Below, one piece after another: positions 28,501 through 37,500 of a stretch of 64,000 nucleotides of DNA. Source of the DNA: a virus; the IMG/VR virus record IMGVR_UViG_3300045999_013278, positions 8,698-72,697 of that record. One strand, written 5' to 3'. A program made the translations under genes and the position numbers. How positions within the stretch are numbered: position 1 is the stretch's first letter; the number at the start of each line of letters is the position of its first letter. The notes beneath the pieces were generated by a model. The model saw only the letters and a program-made list of their open reading frames with translations. It had not been told where the DNA came from and did not search any database.

Positions 28501-31500
28501 CCTTGCATAACAATCTGCACCAATTGTCGCGCTGTATTGCCGTACCGATTTTCTGCTTTGGGGAGGTAATTACCTAGCGTAATATCACCATCCCCTACTC
28601 CTAATGATGCGTTAGGATTCCCCGCAAAAACGGTAGATAAAACTTTTCGGAAGGAGTCTAGCTTTTGCCCTCTACTGTTCTGTTTTAAGTATTTCTGAAC
28701 AAAGACTAATTGCTCTTGTGGACTCATTTGAGACAGAGCATCTATGTTTGTACCCAGTCCTCTAGCCGTAGCGGGCATGAACTGAATTAAACCTGTTGCG
28801 TTTGTGCGTTTGTTCCTAGCAGATGGCGAAAGTGTACCACCTGTTTCATACAGCATCGTTTTAAGTAGGTCTTCAGGGTTTGCTCCTACGCTTTGAGCTA
28901 TTTTAGCCACGCTTTGCAGGAACTTGGTATCTATACGTGGATCTAGCCCTGGAACAAGCGGAACTGATTGGCGTTGTTTTGTTGGCCGTTGTTGAGGCAT
29001 CGGCCAATCTGCTACCCTGTTCAGCCTCTTGTTGTCTTGTGTGGTATCAACAACCTTTTTGGTTGTATCCAATTTAATCCCAGGTACTTTAAAAGTTTTA
29101 CCTAACTGGGTAGTTGGGTTTATCCTTTGACCGTTGATCGTTACCTCCCAATGTAAATGCGATCCTGTGCCACGCCCAGTGCTTCCAACTTTACCTATTA
29201 CATCACCTTGTTGTACAACGTCCCCAACCTTTTTAAGTAATTCAGATAAGTGAAAAAAGCGGTTTACAACTTTTTTACCTTCTGCGGTGATGGTTTCAAC
29301 TTCGACCATATTGCCCGCACCACCATTCCAACCACCTTTAGATGTGATAACCGTGCCTGTCAGTGGTGCTTTAATTGGTGTTCCTGTAGCGTCTTCAAAA
29401 TCAACACCGTTGTGCATTTTTCTAGTGCCGTCCAATGGGTCTGTACGCATTCCGTACTTAGATGTTACGCGCCCCGGCGTAGGTCTAAGCAAAGTTTGAT
29501 TAACAGTCTGTAAATTATCCAATCCGTAGAACTTTTTGACAGCCCCTAACGGATTACTAACGAACTCTTTAGCACCCTGCTCTAACTGTTGCCCAGCTTT
29601 TTCCCCAAACACCGTGCTAACCGCCGATTGAACACCGCCCGCTAAATTTTGTAACAAGCCTTGTCCGGTAGCCAGGGAAGCTAACCAGTTGGAGGTTTTT
29701 ATTCCCATATCAGCGATCGCAGTCCCCACGCGATCAAAGCCGTTCTCAAAAGACTTAACTAAATCTGCAAACTTAGTACCAAGACCTTCTATCCATGAGT
29801 TGCTAGTTTTACTTAAGTCTTTAATACTATCTTCAGCTTTTTTAGTTGCGTCTACAACACTGTTAGATAAGTTATTTATATTCTTATTAATTTCATCAAC
29901 CGTCCTGTTTACGTTTTTAAGACTGAGATTAAAGTTATCGGCAATACTAGAATCTATCGGGATAATTTTTCCTGGTAAACTCCGTTGTAGTTCTATAGCT
30001 TGTAGCTGAATATCTTGGACGTTATTCTGGTAGTCAATCCTCTGTTTTCTTGCTTCTAGTTGTTGTTTCTCTATTTCGGTTGTTTGGGAAATTACATTAA
30101 TAATTCCCTCAATAAACTGAGTGTAGATATTGTCCCCAGCACCAATTAAAGCCTCTCTAAGTTTATTCTGTACTTTAGAGTTTTCAAAGGTCTTTTGTGC
30201 TTTCTCAAATTCAATACCCACAGCTTGAGATTCTCGAACGGCTGCGCGATAATAGTCGGTGACTTGCTTTGTTTGTTGGTAGAGGCTTTGGATTAAGTTA
30301 TATTTCTGCTCTGCAATTTGTTGTTGCATATCAACAGTTTGGATTTGCATTTCCTTAACTTTTATAAAGCCACTTAAAATCTCTTTTTCTTTACTTCCAT
30401 CAATACTTCTTTCTTGTGCAGCCTTTAAGGTGTCTATACCGCTTCTTTTATTTAAATTAAGTGTGCCTAAGACTCTATCTAAATCATTAACTTCCAATTG
30501 AGCGGACATCTCTTGGATTTGTTTTAAATTATCGGCAATTTTACCAGTCAGAGTGGCTTGAGTTTTTAAGTTGTTCGTATATTCCAGTTGCCCTGGTAAA
30601 ACGTCCCCACTGCTGCCAAGGTTAAATAAATTAGTTTTCTCTAAACTTAATGCTGTATCTCTATATTGTCTTAGATCGTTAAACTTAGCTTCTAAGTTCC
30701 TTATTTCAATTGCAAATTTTTGCATTTCTGTTAAGGAATTTTTAATAGCCTTAGTCATCTTGTCTTGTTCTTGAATAACTGTAGCTAAATCTTGTTCAGT
30801 TACCTTAATTATTTTATTAATGTCGTCAATTTCACTTTGGTAAAGTTTGGGATTTTTCTTTAGTTCTTCCCAATACTCCAAATAAGTTTTTAAAGTTTCT
30901 ACTTGTTTGTCTAAATTAGCTTTAGTTCCGCCAAACAATTCTAAGGGCTTTTCTCTCACCCCGCTTATTCTCTTTTCCCATTCTTGCAGAGATCTCAACG
31001 CTTCACTATTGCCGGGATCGTTGGCAATAATCGCCCGACGTTCCATTTTAATATTATCCAAAGATTTGTCTAGGAATTGAATGTCTTGGATAGCGTTTTT
31101 AATAGCGGGAGAGTTACTATCTTTCAAAATATCGAAAGTGTTTTGTTGCCCAATAGTTGTTTGTTTGGCACTATCCTCCATTTGTTTTATTAGTTTTTTT
31201 GTATCGTTATCAAATGGGTTAAGCGTAAATCCTTCTCTAAATGCTGAAAAGTTATCACGGCTAACTTTAGAGGATGGATTTAATAATTTTCTTTGTTCAT
31301 TAATAGACTGAGTAACGTTTCTAGTCTGTTCGCCAATTGCGCCGCTGCTATCCTTGAAATTCATCATTGTTTCATCAATAGCTTTCATCGCCATTGATAA
31401 AACAAACATCTGAGCGGCTAAAGTTGCAATACTTTGACTCATTCCCAGCAATGCACCCTTAGCCCCTCCCGCAGAGAATAAAATTCCTTTTAAATACGTC

Positions 31501-34500
31501 GCAAACATTAACCAAACAGGACTTCCTAATTTAATTAAGGTAATCAGTAAGACACTTTTTAAGAGTTGGAGATTCTTAGTTACTAAATCTATACCAGACG
31601 CAAAAACACTTAAAGAAAAGTTTCTGAAAGGCAGTAAAGTTTTACCAATACTTTCCTGTAACTCAATTAAGGAATTATTGAATTTATTAGTTATCGCCAC
31701 TGAAGAATTAACGGCATCTCCTACACCTGATGAAGTTTGCGCTTTTAATTGTTGAGCAAATTTTGGCAAAAAGTCCTCAGCTAAAACCCTGCCTGTACTT
31801 AATAATTGGTTCATGGACTGGGTGGTTGTTCCGTAAGCATTTGCGGCGATTTGCGAAGCGTTGGGGATTGCTTCAGCGAGTTGTTGTCTTAATTCTTCTT
31901 GAGATACAACCGTTTTTCCAGACATTTGCTCAAGCGCGGTAAAAGTCCTTTGCTGCTTGTCTAAATCTAAACCATAGACAGCCGAAGCTTGAGTGACTGC
32001 GCTAACGATCTGGCGAGATTGATAGCCTTCTATGGGAGTATCCTTAGTTGCCTGGAAGAATTTACTGCCACTTTCTAAAGTTTGGCTTAAGTCAACGTTG
32101 AGTCTTTTTGCTTCCGATCTTAAAAATGCAATATTTTTAGCACCCTCTGAAATGCTTCCAGAAGTGAACTTAATCCGTCTCTCTAAATTCTCAAAGTTAG
32201 CAGCGACTTCTATGCTTGCGGGAGCTAAATCTAAGATAATTTTCCCTACGGCCAACAAAGCTAGGACTTTAACAACATTACCTATAGAAGATTTAACAAA
32301 GTCCATCATCTCGCCAAATTTCTGGACTTTACTCATTCCCTCTACAAAACTATCAAAAGCCACCTTAGCCTGGATGAACCCTTCCTTAATTTTTTCTGGC
32401 ATCTTAAGGAAATCTACAAATAATTCCTTAGCTGCAACAATACCGTTAGCTAACCCCTCGCCTAATGCTGCCGATACGTTAGGATTGGCGATTTCCTTAA
32501 GGAAATCTAAATAACCCTTAAATCTTTCCTTAGCTTCCTTAAATCCTGGGATACTTCCTAATCCTTTACTAAAGCCTCGGCTTAATCTTTCTTTATCTTT
32601 TTCTACGTCAGATGTAATTGTGCCATTTTCTACAGATTCTTTAATTCTGTTTATTTGTCTAATGAGCGATGGAATTATGCCATTGTTACCACCTTCTAAG
32701 AATTGCAGACCCTTAGTGAAACCTTCACCTACGTATTTGCCCAACATTATGCCAAGTCTTACAAATGACTGGGAATTTTTCTTTACGCCATTTTCTATCG
32801 TAGATTGTGGAACTTGGGGAATACCATTTGGTAGGAATGGGGGTAGTTGAGGGTTCACACCTCCGACGGTCGTGTTTGGAATCTTAAAAGATATAGAAGG
32901 TTGTGGAACTTGGGGAATTGGCGGTACGTAAGAATTTGGTAGGATTAGGTGACGTGAAGGATTTTGATTACTATTGGGAAGAATCAATGATTGATAAGAA
33001 GGCTGTGGAATATTTTTAGGAAGAATTGAATTGTATCCTCCTTGCGCCCATCCCATTCTGCCAGATGCAGCTAAAGTAGTTAGTGGGTTTGGCGAACTCC
33101 AGCCCCTTCCTCTTGGAAGAATTAGAGAAAAGTTAGTTACCGCATTTCCTGCACTTAAAAGCACATTTTTAAATGACTCTTGCGCTTCTGTTAACCGTAC
33201 TACATGAGGCTGTTTTTCAGGAGGCAGTATTAGAGGCAGACCGCTTCCGGATCTTTGTCCTGGGAGTATTAAGTTATTGCCATTGTTAGAGTTGTTGTTA
33301 TTAGGGAGAATTAATCCTTGGTAGGGTTTAAGAGGATTTGCCAACGGAATAGAACCGCTATATGGATTTAGCTGACTAGATGATGTAATTATTGGCGAAA
33401 CGTTATTTTGTTTTTTATATTTAGCGTAGCTATCTGGAAGGATTACGGGAGACAGCCCCAAAGACCTATTTATCTCATCCGTAGAAACTACAGAAGATAA
33501 ATTTTTAGAGATTTGTTTAGCAAAAGTTTTCCTTAACTCTTCTGTAGAAATGTTAGGGTTGTATAGTTTAGAGAACTCACCCGTTGGTGCTGAAAATACG
33601 CTAGTCGTTCGGGGAGAATTTAATCTTGTTGAGTCAACGCCAGAAGAAGGTTGGAGTAGTCCATTAATAGGAAGATTTGCTAAACTGCCTTTATTTATGT
33701 GCGGAAGTTTATTATATCCTGACGGTAAAACTAATCCGTTTTCTGCGCCTTTCCTTATCTCATCTACCCTTGAGGTAATTATTTTCTTAGCGTTATTTAA
33801 GGATTCGTCCGCACCCACCCCCATAGCATTGCCTATATTTTGACCAGTTCTAATAGCCCATCTTGAGGGTGATTTAATTTCTAATTTTTCTTCTACTGTA
33901 TCTATTACTGTCTCTGCTAATTTTTCAGAAGATGTACGTAAATCACCTATGCTATTTTCTACACCTTTACTTACGCCCGCTCCTATATTTTCGCCAATTC
34001 TAACTCCTCCATGCAACGCACTTATTCTCGCTGCTTTATTTTGAACAGAAGTTATTTGTGATAAAGAATTGCTTAGTTGTGAACTCTCTCTGCTTTTTGC
34101 AAAATTAGGATCTATTCCTGCACTATTTCTTAATTTTGTTATATCAGCTTTGGCTTTATCTCCATACTGCTTAATCGCCGCAGATAACTCAATAACTGGA
34201 GCGAAGTTACCAGTTGTTTCTGCATCTTTTAACAGGGATCTTAGTTTAGCGAAATTAGCATTAAATTTAGCGGCTAATTCTTGCGCTGATTTTACCGCAA
34301 GCTTGGCTTTTTCTGACACCTCAATATCTTTACCGGATGTAGATTGAGTAACTGGGTTAACTCTAGTTACTTGATATCCGTTGGGGGTTGCGCTTACGGA
34401 TGTAGATTGAGTAACTGGGTTAACTTTAATTACTTGATATCCCTTGGGGATTGTGCTTACTGGAGTTGGAGTATAAGATTTTTCAACAGTATAAGTTGGT

Positions 34501-37500
34501 AAAATGGCCGTTGGTTTAAATTGTGGTAAATCCCCAACAGTTTCTTGCAGTAACGATTTGCCCGAATAACCTATCGGTATTTCTTTAGCAGGATTTAGCG
34601 GTATAAGTAACGAAGGATCTATTTGCCTAGCTTCGGGTATGGGCAGGGCTTTTTTGTACCCTTTCTTTATACTGTTCCTTATTTTGTTAGCATCTAATAT
34701 TCCCCACAATGAAATGTCTATTAAAGCTCTTTGAATAGTTGTCGCCTCATCCTCAGCTTTCTGCTTGGCAGAGGGCATAGTTGTGGACATACCTAAATCA
34801 ATTGCTGATATTTTCCCAGGATCTACTTTGTTTGTTACTGGATCGATTTTATAGTCTTTAAAAAATACATTGGCGGAAGCTAGATCGTTATGAACAACAC
34901 CCATGTCTTGCATAGCCCTACCCAAACTTCCGACATAACGATAGAACTGTGAAAATATTTCATTAAATTGCTTTATATCCTTTCGGATTTGTCTGTCTAA
35001 TAATTTGTTGGCGTTTTCTAAATCCTCTATAGCTTTTTTTATTTCTTTCCTTCTCTCAGGGTTTTTTTCGTTTTCTAATTCATTTTCTAATTTCGCTATC
35101 CTTGGTTTTGTCTCTTTCTTTAACTTTGCTTGTTCTTCTTTCGAGGCTCTTATGGGTGCTGCATAGTCCTCCATAATTTTCTTCAAGTCCCTCCCTTCTA
35201 TTTTTTCTACAATCATAGATTCTTTTTCGTTCGCCGCATAAAGTAACGGGGCGTATCTGCCCTGTAGTCTTTCATAAGCTTTAACTTCCTGTTTTGATGC
35301 TATTTTTTTTGCACCTTCAGGATCTAAATCAGTTTTGTAAACCAATTTATCGGTTATCAAAGCCATAGCTCCAGACCATCCATGACCTACAGCTTTAATT
35401 TCTTTAGCGTCCGGCATCATCGGAGCTATAGTTTTAAGCATTTTATTAAACCCTAAAATTGACGCTGGGTGTTCTCTCATAGCATCCGAAATCGGTAGTT
35501 TTTTTAAGTTTAAATTTTCTTCAAAGTATTCCGATAAATTGCGAAACTCAGGACTTTGCTCAGAAGCATACTTTGGTATTTTTTCTGACCCTGGAATTGT
35601 CGGTAAATACTCAATTTTATCTAAAAAGTCAGGCGATATATTTCCTTTGGTTTTAATAAATTCTTCTTGTAACGACAGAATTACTTTAAATCCTTGAACG
35701 ATTTTTTTTCCGTACTCTTCAAACTGTTTTTGTGATTCAAACCAAGGAATTGTTGCTATAGACAAATCTCGCTTGCGTTCCGCAACTTTGCCAACGTTCA
35801 GTCCGCCAGCCCACCAACCCTTATCAGGGATTGCTTTATTTTCTTTAAAAGTTTGAATAGACTCATTAATGCCACTAACTTCATCCACATACCTCATAAA
35901 TCCGGGATCGGTAACATTATCCGGGAACTTAATCTTTTCCATAACGTCGGTTTTGAGATTTTCGGTAGGCAAATAATCAATCTTGTCTAAAAATTTTGGC
36001 GATATATTGCCGTGAGTTCTAACAAACTCTTCTTGCAGTTTTGCAACAATTTCAAGCCCTTTAATTATTTCTCTTCCGTATTCCTCGAACTGTTTTTGTG
36101 ATTTAAACCAAGGGATAGTTTTTTGTGAAAGTTCTTGGTTTCTTGCAGCAACATCTTCTCTTTTCAAACCACCTGCGAAGTAAGCTCCTGGTACAACCGT
36201 TCTAGTTTTAAAAGATTCAATAGATTGATTGATAATCGATGCCTCTTGTTTATATCTTTGATATCCAGGATGAGATTCATCATTGGGCAAATCTTTCAAT
36301 TGCCCTGTAGGACGTTCTGTTTTTTCTGCATTTGATAGCATTAATGTGCCAGCGTCCACAGCCTGACCTCGAAGTATGGTTGCCATTGATCTCACCTGTT
36401 CCGGCATCCGTTCGTTGGATAATTGTCCAAAAAGGTATTTAGAATCAAATAAGTTTTTTATTACACCTTGACTGTATTGCCCCTTAGAGGCTAAATCCTT
36501 AGCGTGCATCGTAGAAATGACTACTTGGTGAACCTGCAACATGAGTCTTTGCAAGTCAGACATAGTATCTCTTGATGTCTTGTCTGTAGGTAAACTACTA
36601 CCTACAGTGTCATTAAATTTTTCGACAAAACCAGGAGATCGAAATAAGTGATGTGTCGCATGAACGTTTGCCCCTGACGATCTTAGACCTGAATCATCAA
36701 GGATGTTCATTGCACTGCTCGGATTATAAACACCTATTTTAAACGGGAAAGTTAAGGGATCTTTTTCTAAAATTGCAGATGCAAAACCTTTAGGTGTTGC
36801 ATTTGATAAATTTGAAAAAGGATAAGCCATAGCTAGTGCTTTTGTCTTAGTCCCTTCATACTCCGCCGCTTTTGCATACCTGTAAGCACTTGCGCCACCA
36901 AGAGAGAAGCTGATAGCCGAAGCGTCGTTTCCTTGTTCTCTAGCCAGCCTTGTGTGAGCTAAAGCTTGAGCGGCGGCTACGTCCGATCCTAGAGGATTTA
37001 GCGAATAGGCGATCTGTCTTACCGCATTCTTTATAGTTGGAGATAACGATCCCATCCCAGGGAGAAGTTTTTTTATTAATACGTCATCAGTCCACTTATC
37101 TATTTCAGCAGTCCTTTTGCTAACATCTGTGTCCAAATTTTCCACTGGTAACAATTTTATATTCTTCCCAACAATAGGTTCTAAGGAAGTAGCGAGTGCG
37201 CGGCCACCCTGTCCGAACTTATCCTCAGCACCCCCGATTACAGAAACCACCTTTTGTCCAGGCTCTAGTATAGGGAAGGTTGCTTTTCTTGCTTGGTAGT
37301 GAGATTCGGACAGCTTGCTTGTATGATAGGACTGCATCCCCTGTATAAAATTAAGAATTGGTTGAACTTCTTTCATCAAAGGGAGAATAACTTTGTTCGA
37401 CAAGTCAGTGGGTTGAGCTTCTTTTATGATTGTCGGAATAAATCTCCTCTTGTGTTCATCCAACGACAAGCTTGATTTTTTGGAAGAAATTGTTTCAAAC

